Shown one piece after another: positions 1 through 12,574 of a stretch of DNA of 64,000 nt. The stretch spans positions 10,168,001 to 10,232,000 of the forward strand of contig OX597835.1 in the NCBI GenBank assembly GCA_951406725.2, given 5' to 3'. Source of the stretch: Octopus vulgaris (taxonomy: Eukaryota). The translations under genes and the position numbers were made by a program. The first letter of the stretch is position 1. Each line of letters begins with the position of its first letter. The notes under the pieces were generated by a model, which saw only the letters and a program-made list of their open reading frames with translations, was not told where the DNA came from and made no database searches.

Positions 1-911
1 TGTGTGTTTGAGCGTGTGTGTGTGTGTGTGTGTGGAGGGCACGTTTATGCCTGATGTGTGTGTACATGTGCATCTAGTTAAGTGATGGCTTCCATACTGG
101 ATGATGCAGACCGGAAATAATTTGTAATCAATTGAAGTTATAATGAGAAGGAAACTCATTAGCGCTAATGAAAATTATCACCATAGCTACCTTAAGTCAG
201 ACTTACTGTCCTCCCTCTGCACAATTTCGTTTCGTTTCCTTCTCATTACCATTATAAAATTCAGCTCATTAAATAGCTTTTCCATCTCACTACATCAAAT
301 AACATTAAATTGTGCTTAGCTATATATTCATCATGCAGAAGGCGCACTTGGGATATTTTTTTAATATTATTATTTTAAAATGCCTCGCCTATGAATCATG
401 TTCGCAACAATGCCAGAAACTCACTCAGTCGCCCTTGCGATCCTGTTAAATTCTGTAGACAATGTTTTACCGAGAAGATTCCCATATAGCCGAAACATAG
501 AGCTCTCACCATTGCCCCCGGCTCTCCTCAAGATTTCCTCCATCTCACACACCCTCGTCCGCTTTTCCTCCTTGTTTTTCATTCCTTTTCTTCTCCTTCT
601 CTCACCCAATGTCTTTCTTCTATACTTCCAGTCTACGAATGCAAGTTAATGTTGTCTTGCGTTCCTCATCGGTTGCAGTCAATTTCACAAGCACAAAGAA
701 CGTCAAATTTTGCTGTCGTCTTTTTTTCTGAAGGACTCTTTCGGAAATGTTGGATATGTCTCTCCCTACGGCAGTCGAACTGTACTCTTTCAGTCGCTTC
801 TTCCAAATAATACAAGTCTTGCCAACGCAGACCACCACCAATTTCCCTGGATTCTAGTTTATCGGATAAACATGGATTTTCAATTACCAAATATTACAAT
901 ATTTGGTGAGG

Positions 912-1131
912 TTACTCTTTTACTCTTTTACTCTTTTACTTGTTTCAGTCATTTGACTGCGGCCATGCTGGAGCACCGCCTTTAGTCGAGCAAATCGACC
1001 CCGGAACTTATTCTTTGTAAGCCCAGTACTTATTCTATCGGTCTCTTTTGCCGAACCGCTAAGTGACGGGGACGTAAACACACCAGCATCGGTTGTCAGG
1101 CAATGCTAGGGGGACAAACACAGACACACAA

Positions 1132-1177
<46 letters not shown>

Positions 1178-1545
1178 CGGGAAGCTTTATGAAAATAAAC
1201 AAAAGACGAAGGCAGGTGGAAAACAAACGAACAATTGTATTAGTATGGCGCTCAGGAAATATAAATAAAACAAGTCTTTAACGTTTCGAGCCTACGCTCT
1301 TCAACAGAAAGATACACAGAGAGAGAAAAACACAGAAAGAAGGAGAGAAAAAAAATGCGTGCAGTAGCTAACGAATCAACATGGCGATCTGATTTCGGCC
1401 AGAGGTCAAAGATCAAACATGAGACGCGAGAGCGAAATAAGGGGAGATAATAGGGTTGATAAAAGGGTTGAGGGACCAGCTAAAAGTGCGTGGGAGGGGT
1501 CTGGATGTGTGTATGTATAGGGTTGGTGTATGTATTAGTATGTAT

Positions 1546-1583
<38 letters not shown>

Positions 1584-2184
1584 TAGTGCGTAAGATTGGT
1601 CTGGACGTGCGTATGTATGGGGTTGGTGTATGTATTAGTATGTATTAGTATGTATTAGTACGTATTGGTATGTATAGTGTGTGTGTGTGTGTGAGAGAGA
1701 GTATAAGTGCGTATGCGGGGTCTGGACGTGTGTATGTATAGGGTTGGTGCAAGTATTAGTATGTACTGGTATGTATTAGTACGTATTAGTATGTATTAGT
1801 TGGTGTGTGTATTAGTATGGCACATCATATGTGATGTGATGTGTAAAGTCATGTGGTGTAGTGAGGAGAAGAGGGGGAGGGGGAGAAGAGGGGGGAGAGA
1901 AGGCGAGGGGGAGGAGAAGGGGGAAGAGGAGAGGAGGGGGAGAAGGAAGGGGAGGAGGGGGATGAAGGAGGAAAGAGGGAGAGGGGGAGAGAGGGAGTGG
2001 GGGAGCATATATATATATATACGACAGGCTTCTTTCAGTTTCCGTCTACCAAATCCACTCACAAGGCATTGGTCGACCCGGGGCTATAGCAGAAGACACT
2101 TGCCCAAGATGCCACGCAGTGGGACTGAACCCGGAACCATGTGGTTGGTTAGCAAGCTACTTACCACACAGCCACTCCCGCGCC
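912..2184 (-). mobile_element. tRNA-derived SINE (family A: GGCGC..GAGTGGCTGTGTGG head, internal (TA)n, (GTAAAAGA)n tail), interrupted by a ~830-bp insert in its (TA)n tract
   Basis: Head at 2184->2020 and tail at ~1140->912 are near-identical to the intact copy at 33009-33475; pol III A/B-box-like TGGCTGTGTGG / GGTTCAGTCCC. Confidence 0.85.
1275..1312 (-). ncRNA. minimal type I hammerhead-like motif (core variant CUGUUGA)
   Basis: Minus strand reads TCTTT CTGTTGA A GAGC GTAG GCTC GAAA CG TT AAAGA: helix I TCTTT/AAAGA, helix II GAGC/GCTC, palindromic ACGT in place of helix III; A6 replaced by U. Confidence 0.55.
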
Positions 2185-2411
2185 TAAACTATTAGTGAGA
2201 AAAATTTCACGGTGGACAGAACAAAGTGTACGGGATCTACGAGTCAAATAGCTCAGTCGTGTTCAGTCCACAGAGAGATACATAAAAGGACAAGATGCAA
2301 GTTTAAATTTATCATTTGCACATTATGCAATTTTAGTTAAATTTTGTAATTCTTGTGTATAACTTTGTGTCTATCTGACATCTAAAACTACTCTTGAGCA
2401 TAATTTAGTAT

Positions 2412-2587
<176 letters not shown>

Positions 2588-3183
2588 CTATATTTGCCAT
2601 TTTTCATAAACAATTGTCTGTCTAACTGGTTTTGATGTAAAATGTTCTATATGCGGCTAAAAATTAAAATTTATGGACAACCTCAGACGCTGCTCTTCCG
2701 TTAGATAAGTCGCATCGCCATCAAATCGGTGTTTTATATGAGAAATATCAGAAATATCGACTATCTGTTGTGGAGAATTACTTAAATAAACCTTTTGATA
2801 TGTGTCCATTTTGTGTGGTTTTGTTAATTCATTTAATCTGTACAAACAGTTCTAGAAGGGTCTCTACTTATTTTAAACTTTATACAAACGTCTGTTTAGC
2901 TAGACGAGGGAGTTATGATGGGGAGAACAAGAAAGTGAAGACGATGAAGATGAAGATGATGGAGGGAAAGAAGAAGGAGGAGGAGGAGAAGAAGAAGAAG
3001 AAGAAGAAGAAGAAGAAGAAGAAGAAGAAGAAGAAGAAGAAGGGTAAATGAATCATCAGGACATGAGGAATGAGGTTTCGACAGGATTATCCGTTCCTGA
3101 CAAATGTTTGAGTGTGTGTCGCCTCAACAAATGTAAAGATAGAAAGATAGAGACTGAGAGACAGAGAGAAGAAAATATATACA

Positions 3184-3248
<65 letters not shown>

Positions 3249-6200
3249 GGCCTTCTTGAGGCCTTCTACCATGCCATATATTTCCCCACAGATAAGTCTA
3301 GCACTGTACAAGCATACTTAAACTGGAGACAGAAACACCCTGAAGTAAGACCCTACATAGACAGTAACAAGCTTGCCAATGTTAGAAGAAACATTATAAA
3401 AAAGAAATTACTGACTGAAGTAGAGATTGATCAGGTTAGACAAGCAATATCGGATAAAATGAACGAAGCTGCAGCTAGAGAAGATAATACAGAGGAAATG
3501 ATTATAGACCAGCCCAGGGCGGATAAAAACGAAGAGAGGATTGAAAGAGTTAGTATAAGTGATAGGCAAAGTGAAATACGCCCTGAACCAATCATAAACA
3601 CTAAGACAGATGAGCATCAAATAGATAAAGAAAGTCACACAAATATTGACCCAACAGAACTACATGAGCTAAAAAGTCAAATCATGATTGAATGGCTGAA
3701 AATTAAAGAAACCAGCATGGATGAGCGTGATACACTTCCTAAAATCCGCAACTCTAACCAAAACATGAAAATAATTGGTAAAATCCGGCTTGCACTTAAG
3801 GATATAATTTCAGTTAATGATGTTGATATCACAAACCTCAACCACCTATACTATGCATCCGCGAAAATCTCAACGATCCTATGTGGTGTAAAGATTAGAA
3901 AACGGCAACAGTCCCACAAAAAGCCTTCTTGGCAAGAGCGTCTGCAACAACAAATTAAAATATTTAGATCTGACATTGAATATTTGAAAAACCTTAAGGC
4001 TCACAAGATTACCAAACCTACAAAAACCCAAAAATTACTGAAAAAATACAATATGAAAACTATACTTGATATTGATGCCACCATAGAAACCATCAAACAA
4101 AAGGTATCTGCCAAAGCTGCCCGCATAGCGAGGTATGAAAAGCGTGTTAGATTTTTCAAGGACAACAACATGTTCAAAAATAACACCAAGAATTTTTACA
4201 GGAAGATAGGAAAAACAGCGTTTACTGCAGGGTCTGTACCATCAAAAGAAGAAGTGCAGAGATTTTGGAATAAAATCTGGGCAGAAGAAAAAACACACAA
4301 CGAAAAGGCCCCCTGGATTGACAGAATATCTACAGAACTGGACCCCTTAGAAGAGCAAAAGTGGGAGGGTGTCAAGGTAGAAGATATAAGATCTGCTCTC
4401 AGGAGGTCAAGCAAATGGAAGTCTCCAGGAAAGGATAAAATCCCTAACTTTTGGTTGAATGCCTTCCCAGAGAGCCATGAACTGCTAACAGAACTGTACA
4501 ATGATGTTTTGCAACACCCTAGTAGGATGCCTCCTTGGCTAGTTAATGGGTTAACATTCCTGCTTCCAAAAAGTGAAGAAACAAATGAACCAAAAAACTA
4601 TAGACCCATAACCTGCTTAACAACTATGTACAAAACACTAACATCTGTCCTGACGGAATATACCTATAGTTTTTTAACAGACAGCAGCATATTCCCTAAT
4701 GAACAGAAAGGATGTAAACGTGGATCCTACGGCTGTAAAGACCAACTACTCATCAATAAGATGATCTTAGAAGATTGTCACAAACGACACAAAAACTTAT
4801 CAATAGCCTGGATAGACTATAAAAAGGCTTTTGATAGCCTACCACATAGCTGGATTAGGAAATGCCTTGAAATGTATAAGATAGCACCAACTCTGCGAAA
4901 CTTCTTGACTGTAAGTATGAGATCATGGAGAACCACACTAACTCTGAACAGTGACAGTGAATCCCTAAATGCTGGTGATGTAAAAATTTCGTGTGGCATT
5001 TTCCAGGGTGACTCACTGTCACCACTCCTCTTTTGTTTATCCTTAATACCTCTCTCAAAGCTGCTCAATGATGCGCAGTACGGGTATAAAATGTTTGATA
5101 AAAATATAAATCATCTCGTTTACATGGATGATTTAAAGCTTTTTGCAAAAAATGATCAACAACTCAAGGGCTTACTAGCGATAGTCAAACAATTCAGTGA
5201 CGACATCAGAATGCAATTCGGCCTCGATAAATGTGCAAAGGCTACCTTTATCAAAGGAAAAATGACAGAAACATCTAACGTTAACCTTCACCAACAGAAT
5301 GTCATAAAAGAACTAGACCCAGCGGAGAGCTACAAGTACCTAGGGATAATTGAAGGGAACGGAATAAGGCATTCAGAGATGAAGGAAAGGATCAGGAGAG
5401 AATGCTATCGAAGAGTGAGAGCAATACTCAAGACAGAGCTGAATGCGAGAAACAGGATCGAAGCAATCAATGCATTAGCTATACCAGTCGTGACTTACAG
5501 TTTCAATATTGTTAACTGGTCAATTACTGAAATATGTCAGCTCGACAGAAAAATAAGGAAACTGTTGACAATGCATAGAATGCACCACCCTAAGGCAGAT
5601 ACAGAACGACTATATCTGCCAAGAAAAGAGGGAGGCCGTGGTCTTTTGCAACTGGCAATAACAATGAAGATTGCTACAATTGGCCTAGACACCTACCTGA
5701 AAAACTCTGAGGACTGGATGCTAAAACTTGTCTCAAAACATGAAAACAAGAAAGCATCATACTCAGTCACAAAACAGGCAAAGGAATATCTAAGTGAACT
5801 CCGAATACAACCAATTTCGGAATTAGAGATAGATATACAAGAAACAAGCACAGAAAAAGCTAGGCGCATGAAAACCCGTGCCAAAACTGCGGCCTTAGAT
5901 ATTCTGAATAATAAATGGCAAGAAAAACCTCTCTATGGCAAATACCCAAAGAGAGCGAATAATGCAGATATCGACAAAGCCCTGACCCATCAATGGCTAA
6001 TGGCCTCTGGCTTAAAATCTGAAACAGAGGGGTTTATCATAGCAGCTCAAGATCAATGCCTACCAACAAGAAACTACCAGGCCAACATATTAAAGATCAG
6101 AAGCAGTCCAACGTGTCGTGTATGCAAGCAACAAAATGAAACCATTGACCATGTGGTCTCCAAGTGCAGTCTTCTAGCGCCTACAGAGTATCTCAACAGG

Positions 6201-6680
6201 CACGATAGAGCTGCACAATATATTCACTGGGTAATCTGTAAAAACCTGGATTTGCCCCATGAAAAAAACTGGTGGGAACACAAACCACCCCCAGTGCTTG
6301 AAAATGACCACATCTCACTCCTCTGGAACTTCACCATTCAAACTGACAGGAAGATAGATGCAAATAGGCCAGACATCATATTGAAAAACTTCAAACAAAG
6401 AACATGCCTCCTCATTGATATGACTGTCCCAATCGATATAAACGTATCTGTCAAGACCTACCAAAAACTGAGCAAATATAAAGATCTTGAAATAGAAATC
6501 AGCAAAATGTGGAAGCTGAAGACTAAAACAATACCTGTTGTCATAGGTGCCCTGGGAATGATAGCAAAAGGGGCTGATAGCTACCTAACTCAGATACCAG
6601 GAAACCCAAAAATGGCAGAAGTTCAAAAGATAGTGCTCATGGGAACTGCTCATATCCTACGCAAAATACTCTCTATGTAA
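3249..6680 (+). CDS. retrotransposon polyprotein: reverse transcriptase, CCHC zinc knuckle and restriction-like endonuclease
   Basis: RT motifs KSPGKD, NYRPITCL, IDYKKAFDS, GIFQGDSLSP, YMDD, YKYLG; CRVC...HVVSKC zinc knuckle; RHD, RPDI, LIDMTVP, KLSKY RLE motifs. The frame stays open 70 codons upstream of the ATG at 3459 (GLLEAFYH...KLANVRRNIIKKKLLTEVEI), back to an in-frame TAA of the microsatellite at 3246. Confidence 0.93.
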   Translation, partial: GLLEAFYHAIYFPTDKSSTVQAYLNWRQKHPEVRPYIDSNKLANVRRNIIKKKLLTEVEIDQVRQAISDKMNEAAAREDNTEEMIIDQPRADKNEERIERVSISDRQSEIRPEPIINTKTDEHQIDKESHTNIDPTELHELKSQIMIEWLKIKETSMDERDTLPKIRNSNQNMKIIGKIRLALKDIISVNDVDITNLNHLYYASAKISTILCGVKIRKRQQSHKKPSWQERLQQQIKIFRSDIEYLKNLKAHKITKPTKTQKLLKKYNMKTILDIDATIETIKQKVSAKAARIARYEKRVRFFKDNNMFKNNTKNFYRKIGKTAFTAGSVPSKEEVQRFWNKIWAEEKTHNEKAPWIDRISTELDPLEEQKWEGVKVEDIRSALRRSSKWKSPGKDKIPNFWLNAFPESHELLTELYNDVLQHPSRMPPWLVNGLTFLLPKSEETNEPKNYRPITCLTTMYKTLTSVLTEYTYSFLTDSSIFPNEQKGCKRGSYGCKDQLLINKMILEDCHKRHKNLSIAWIDYKKAFDSLPHSWIRKCLEMYKIAPTLRNFLTVSMRSWRTTLTLNSDSESLNAGDVKISCGIFQGDSLSPLLFCLSLIPLSKLLNDAQYGYKMFDKNINHLVYMDDLKLFAKNDQQLKGLLAIVKQFSDDIRMQFGLDKCAKATFIKGKMTETSNVNLHQQNVIKELDPAESYKYLGIIEGNGIRHSEMKERIRRECYRRVRAILKTELNARNRIEAINALAIPVVTYSFNIVNWSITEICQLDRKIRKLLTMHRMHHPKADTERLYLPRKEGGRGLLQLAITMKIATIGLDTYLKNSEDWMLKLVSKHENKKASYSVTKQAKEYLSELRIQPISELEIDIQETSTEKARRMKTRAKTAALDILNNKWQEKPLYGKYPKRANNADIDKALTHQWLMASGLKSETEGFIIAAQDQCLPTRNYQANILKIRSSPTCRVCKQQNETIDHVVSKCSLLAPTEYLNRHDRAAQYIHWVICKNLDLPHEKNWWEHKPPPVLENDHISLLWNFTIQTDRKIDANRPDIILKNFKQRTCLLIDMTVPIDINVSVKTYQKLSKYKDLEIEISKMWKLKTKTIPVVIGALGMIAKGADSYLTQIPGNPKMAEVQKIVLMGTAHILRKILSM

Positions 6681-6710
6681 TCTCAAGGTTTAAAACAAAC
6701 ATAATTTTCG

Positions 6711-6743
<33 letters not shown>

Positions 6744-6907
6744 TTTTTTTTTTTTTTAGACATTCATTAGTACAACATCCCCACCCCCCAAATATATGGC
6801 ACACTAGGCATAACAACAACATGAACTTCCAACCCTGTTGTCTCTTGAGGTCTCTGGGTGAGACTTGGAGCCAACTTGTACAAATATAAAGCAAAAGTCA
6901 AACATAG
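3249..6907 (+). mobile_element. R4/Dong-clade non-LTR retrotransposon (RT + RLE), 5'-truncated, flanked by (TAA)n
   Basis: Bounded by (AAT)n at ~3191-3248 and ~6908-6926; single long ORF plus ~230-bp 3' UTR; domain order RT-CCHC-RLE with no AP endonuclease. Confidence 0.9.
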
Positions 6908-7113
6908 AATAATAATAATAATAATAAATAGTGATATTATTTATTATGTATAATGATTTCTGGTAGATTTGTTCGAAGATTTTACCGGCATCCTCTTTGC
7001 TGTCGACAAAAGACTGCGTTTGCGCAGTGGATTTGAAAAAAATTAAAATGTATAAGCAATGAGTTTACTTGCCGGATTGACCTCGTTGTTTGTATATTTA
7101 ATCTAAGGCTTAG

Positions 7114-7185
7114 CCGCTGATGAAGACTTAGCCTCAGTACATAATAATTTTTATTTACTGAAATAAGTCAGAAACCAAGGTCCGG
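7114..7185 (+). ncRNA. type I hammerhead ribozyme motif
   Basis: CCG CTGATGA A[GACTTA..TCAGTA..TACTGA..TAAGTC]A GAAA CC AA GG TC^CGG: canonical core, helix I CCG/CGG, long helix II, helix III ACC/GGT, GUC site after 7182. Confidence 0.7.
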
Positions 7186-7324
7186 GAATTAAATTAGATG
7201 GTAAATGTTTTTATTTTTCATTCCCTTCGAGAATTTATCCCTAATTAGTGGTTTGGACTTTAACTGTTCTTTCTAGCGTAATAGATTCCTATGATGGAAG
7301 CCTCTTAATGTGTTTTAATGTACA

Positions 7325-7373
<49 letters not shown>

Positions 7374-7378
<5 letters not shown>

Positions 7379-7499
7379 GGCAAATAAGAAAATGGGAGGG
7401 ATACAAAAACGACACACATCAACCGGTAGACATACTAGAATGTCAACCGGCTGATGTATGTTGTTTTTGTATCCTTTCCATTTTCTTATTTGCCGTATA
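7374..7499. repeat. imperfect palindrome / hairpin (~60-bp arms) next to (TA)n
   Basis: TATACGGCAAATAAGAAAATGG...CCATTTTCTTATTTGCCGTATA. Confidence 0.85.
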
Positions 7500-8011
7500 A
7501 ATTAAGGGTAAACCACATTTTACCCCCGTCCATATATGGCACTCAATTGCAAGATTGCCACGCAATAACCAGCACTTGGGTATGAATAATTGGGTACACT
7601 ACCAGCAGTATATTGGATAGGTACTATCCCTTGGTTGGTTTCCCAACTTCTAACTCACACAGAAATATATATATATATATATACAGAGAGAGGGGCGGGA
7701 GAGAGAGGGAGGGAGAGAGAAGTGAAACCAGTCATCTACTGATTTCAGGAAGATAGAAGCATCAAAGATTTCTTTGTCAGTGAAATATTGCATAACTGCA
7801 TGGATACTATCATAATCAAGAATAGATTTTTACTTTCTGAAAAACGAAACCTTGAGAAGACTGATTCCAAAAACGAAAAACGAAAAACGAAAAACGAAAC
7901 ATATCGGAAAATCAACGAAGTGCCATGGGGAAGAAGATGAATGTAAAACAAACGATGCATCAAATGTGAAAGGATGCATCGGAAATGAATAGGTTTGAAG
8001 ACTAAATACAT

Positions 8012-8043
<32 letters not shown>

Positions 8044-8115
8044 GCGCATACATATACATACATAAGTATGCATAAATATATATGCGCATACATATACATA
8101 CATAAGTATGCATAA

Positions 8116-8184
<69 letters not shown>

Positions 8185-8417
8185 TGGACGAATAAACGGT
8201 GGAGTAGGTGGCTCGAACGCAGTTATAAAATAAATGCGAAGCATACACAGAACAGAAGACATTTTTTTTCTAAATCAAGAGAGAAACTGATAAACGTGAA
8301 TGAAAATCCTTTCTGAAAATCTCAAAAGATAAATATTACATCGGCCTTCTAGCTAAAACACTACTTGATTTAATACAGATATTTATTTAGTATATAAATG
8401 CATATATGCATGAATGC

Positions 8418-8454
<37 letters not shown>

Positions 8455-8873
8455 GTTATGCATGTATATATATAGTATATTTTTTATTCTCTATTACATG
8501 TGTTTCTTGCAAATATACATGTATAGATATATCCATACTACATTCTTGCATGTGTATATAGAAACAAATACATACATACATACATACATACATGCATGCA
8601 TACATACATACATACATACATACATACATACATACATACATACATACATACATACATACATGCAAGAATGCATGCATTAATATGATTAAGCAAAGGATCT
8701 TGTAAGTGGTTGCTTAACTTCTATGTGGTTACTTAACTTGCTAGTTGGAAAACTATAATCGATATGGCCCAATGTTATCTGTAGATGAGAAAAAGAAGAG
8801 GTCGTCGTGGCTGGAATAATTTTTTATTAGCACTGACCTTGGGCTAAACAGCCAAAACGACTACAAATGTATG

Positions 8874-8951
<78 letters not shown>

Positions 8952-9008
8952 CATATTTATATATAATATGAGGGAATATTATTCAAAACTTTCAGGGGAA
9001 AATTCAAC

Positions 9009-9079
<71 letters not shown>

Positions 9080-9661
9080 AATTTTCTAATTGTAAATCTC
9101 AATGAAAGACATTCAGTAACAGTACTCTAGAATAAAGATTATTTAACAACATAACGTGGCAGTCCTGGTTAGGACGAATGCTACTGTTACTTAACCCCAG
9201 GAAACATCGTCTCCTTCTGGCTATACGGTACACGATCTGTGTCCTTATATTTTCGAACAAGGGAGTTTAGCATCCCTACTCAGCACAAAACAATATCTGT
9301 GTATCGCGATTTCTGGGTTATTTCTCTTCGTCGGCACAGAACAACAGTTCGGCTAGAGGTGGCGCTGCTAAATAATTCGTGTTCAAAATATATAGTTTTC
9401 AAAGTGACACACAGTCACTGATCTAATATACAGAGTTGTTCAAAAAGTCTCTCCGCAGAGAATCTTTTCATTCTGCGCATGCGTCAGACTCTCCAAGATG
9501 TATTTCAAAACACGTGTAGCAGAGTCAACTTATGTGCTGAAAATGAAGGACGACACGACACTTTCAACACCTCTTAGAAAGTTATTTTGAAGTCTTGTAA
9601 AGTCTTATATATTCTTTTGTAGTCTTACACCATCTTTTAAATATTTATTTTGCAATAAAAT

Positions 9662-10215
9662 GTGGAGGCGCAATGGCCCAGTGGTTAGGGCAGCGGACTC
9701 GCGGTCGTAGGATCGCGGTTTCGATTCCCAGACCGGGCGTTCTGAGTGTTTATTGAGCGAAAACACCTAAAGCTCCACTAGGCTCCGGCAGGGGATGGTG
9801 GTGATCCCTGCTGTACTCTTTCACCACAACTTTCTCTCACTCTTACTTCCTGTTTCTGTTGTACCTGTATTTCAAAGGGCCGGCCTTGTCACTCTCTGTG
9901 TCACGCTGAATATCCCCCAGAACTACGTTAAGGGTACACGTGTCTGTGGAGTGCTCCGGCGATGGTGGTGATCCCTGCTGTACTCTTTCACCACAACTTT
10001 CTCTCACTCTTACTTCCTGTTTCTGTTGCACCTGTATTTCAAAGGGGCCGGCCTTGTCACTCTCTGTGTAACGCTGAATATCCCCGAGAACTACGTTAAG
10101 GGTGCACGTGTCTGTGGAATGCTCAGCCACTTACACGTTAATTTCACGAGCAGGCTGTTCCGTTGATTCGGATCAACCGGAACCCTCATCGTCGTAACCG
10201 ACGGAGTGCTTCCAC
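9662..10215 (+). mobile_element. tRNA(Arg)-like SINE (family B) with a ~170-bp internal tandem duplication and a 13-bp TSD
   Basis: Head GGCGCAATGGCCCAGTGGTTAGGGCAGCGGACTCGCGG..GGTTTCGATTCC; TSD TTTGCAATAAAAT at 9649-9661 and 10216-10228; related copies at 10517-10820(-), 42680-42981(-), 59006-59361(-). Confidence 0.85.
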
Positions 10216-10477
10216 TTTGCAATAAAATATTTCCTGCGGAGAAACTTTTCCTCTTACTTTACTGTCTTGTTTTAGTTTGTATATGCCATGTGAGCACAAT
10301 CTGGAGATTGCATGGAGGTACCAGACATGGTATAAAATGCTGCCTGTCTGTGCTGTTTTCATTGCATGAATCTATTAGCAGCTCATAAAAATATTTGCTG
10401 TGTTCATTAAAGAAAATCTATCTGTCACTAGATGGAGTACTTTCTTTGTTGAGTTCCCTTTCACGGAACAGTATACT

Positions 10478-10515
<38 letters not shown>

Positions 10516-10850
10516 CACCGTAACCGTGACCGACCAGGTTATCAGATGTTGCTACACATCGCTGGACACAATGCGCTTCGCATTGCTTTAGCCTTCAAAT
10601 GACGCCACCCCGCTGGCTAAGCAAGCGGGCCAACAGAAGAAAGAGTGAGAGAAAGTTGTGGCGAAAGAGTACAGCAGGGATCGCCACCACCCCCTGCCGG
10701 AGCCTCGTGGAGTTTTAGGTGTTTTCGCTCAATAAACACTCACAACGCCCGGTCTGGGAATCGAAACCACGATCCTACGACCGCGAGTCCGCTGCCCTAA
10801 CCACTAGGCCATTGCGCCTCTCTCTCTCTATCTATCTATCTATCTATCTA

Positions 10851-10928
<78 letters not shown>

Positions 10929-11009
10929 TACGAAAAAAGCAGAAGACGAAGACAGGTGGTGTACAAAACAAACAGATGTATTAGTATAACGCTTAGGAAT
11001 AGAAAAAGA

Positions 11010-11045
11010 CTTTTACGTTTCGAGCCTACGCTCTTCTACAGGAAG
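11010..11045 (-). ncRNA. minimal hammerhead-like motif (core CUGUAGA), same family as 1275 and 58036
   Basis: Minus strand reads CTTC CTGTAGA A GAGC GTAG GCTC GAAA CG TA AAAG; helix I has a mismatch. Confidence 0.45.
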
Positions 11046-11152
11046 GGACACAGAAAAAAACAAGGAGAGAAACAAGGGGAGAAAAAAGGGAGAGAAAAGA
11101 GGAGAGAAAAAAGGAACACACACACATACACATATTTATGTATGTATGTATG

Positions 11153-11196
<44 letters not shown>

Positions 11197-11676
11197 CATA
11201 CATACATACATACATACATACATACATACATACATACATACATACATACATACATACATACATACATACATACATACATAAATATGTGTATATGTGTATG
11301 TGTCCCTTTTCAACGTAAAGGATTGAACGGATAGGGGTCTTAGGTCTGCGGTACAGCCGGTTAATCTTGAGACGGTGATATTTTTGCGTCTATTTGTATC
11401 TACAGAAATATTCTACAGAACAGAAGAATGGAACCTTTAGATTCCTAACATCGAAATTGCTTACAGAGGCTTTATGGTGGTTTTGACTGCTATTTCTACA
11501 CACGTAAGCCTCTCCGTTATAATTGTGATTTGTTCATAATTATACACACTCTTTTTATGAAATTTATGATTACGTGTTTGGCCATTGATACTCTCGTAAA
11601 TGATTACGAATTGCTTATGATATATCTTCTTTAATGTATTTTTACATTTCTCTTTAATTATATATGTGTATGTGTC

Positions 11677-11740
<64 letters not shown>

Positions 11741-11995
11741 CATATATATATACATACATATATATATATACTTATATATATATATATATATATATATGCA
11801 TATATATATACATATATATACATATATATATATATACATACATATAGACATACATATATATATTTTTCAATTCTTTATATTACAAAGTATAATTTTTATT
11901 CTTAATTTTTAATTCTCAATTTTTAATCTTTAATGCTTTATTGTATTGCTTATTTTTAAAGGGATTTAAAATTAGATATATAATATTTTGAAATA

Positions 11996-12058
11996 GAACC
12001 TGAAGATGTGTTGGAATAATTGTAAAATCTGACGATTGCATATATGTTTTTATATATG

Positions 12059-12144
<86 letters not shown>

Positions 12145-12204
12145 TATACAGTTGTGTATATGTATATATATTGTAATCTTCCAATACTGAAACTCGTGTA
12201 GTTC
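11996..12204 (+). ncRNA. type I hammerhead motif with a (TA)n microsatellite inside loop II
   Basis: GAAC CTGAAGA T GTGTTGGAA ...~160 nt incl. (TA)n... TTCCAATAC T GAAA C TCGT G TA^GTTC; helix I GAAC/GTTC, GUA site after 12200. Confidence 0.6.
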
Positions 12205-12574
12205 CTTCATATTTAATAGATAGAAGTTTTAATTAAAGTAGGATATAATTAATGAAGTATATTATATACCCTGCTGGTAATTTTGGTTGTATCTTTTATG
12301 TATTATTTCGTGATGTGCAAACTGATACTATGAGTTTACTGTCAGATATCCTCATGAGGTTATTTTTGTATAATCTGAAATAGAATACCCGTATATCGAT
12401 TGATCCCCAAAAAACTGAATTAATATTGACTTTTATATTTAAAGATAGCTATATAAATATACGATAAATAAGATCCCAAAGTATGATATGTAGATGATCA
12501 TAACGCCGAAGGGTTATATATTATATTATATATTATATATATTATATATTATATATTATATATATTACATATAT

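Noticed and set aside
400-890. Short minus-strand ORFs faintly resembling the C-terminus of an RTE-like RT
   Set aside because: No unambiguous motif; too degenerate to call
9662-9740. tRNA-like sequence with an Arg-type anticodon region
   Set aside because: It is the head of a repeated SINE with body and TSD, not a tRNA gene
12345-12400. CTCATGA GGTTA..TAATC TGAAA hammerhead-like stretch
   Set aside because: G5 is altered and there is no convincing helix I or III
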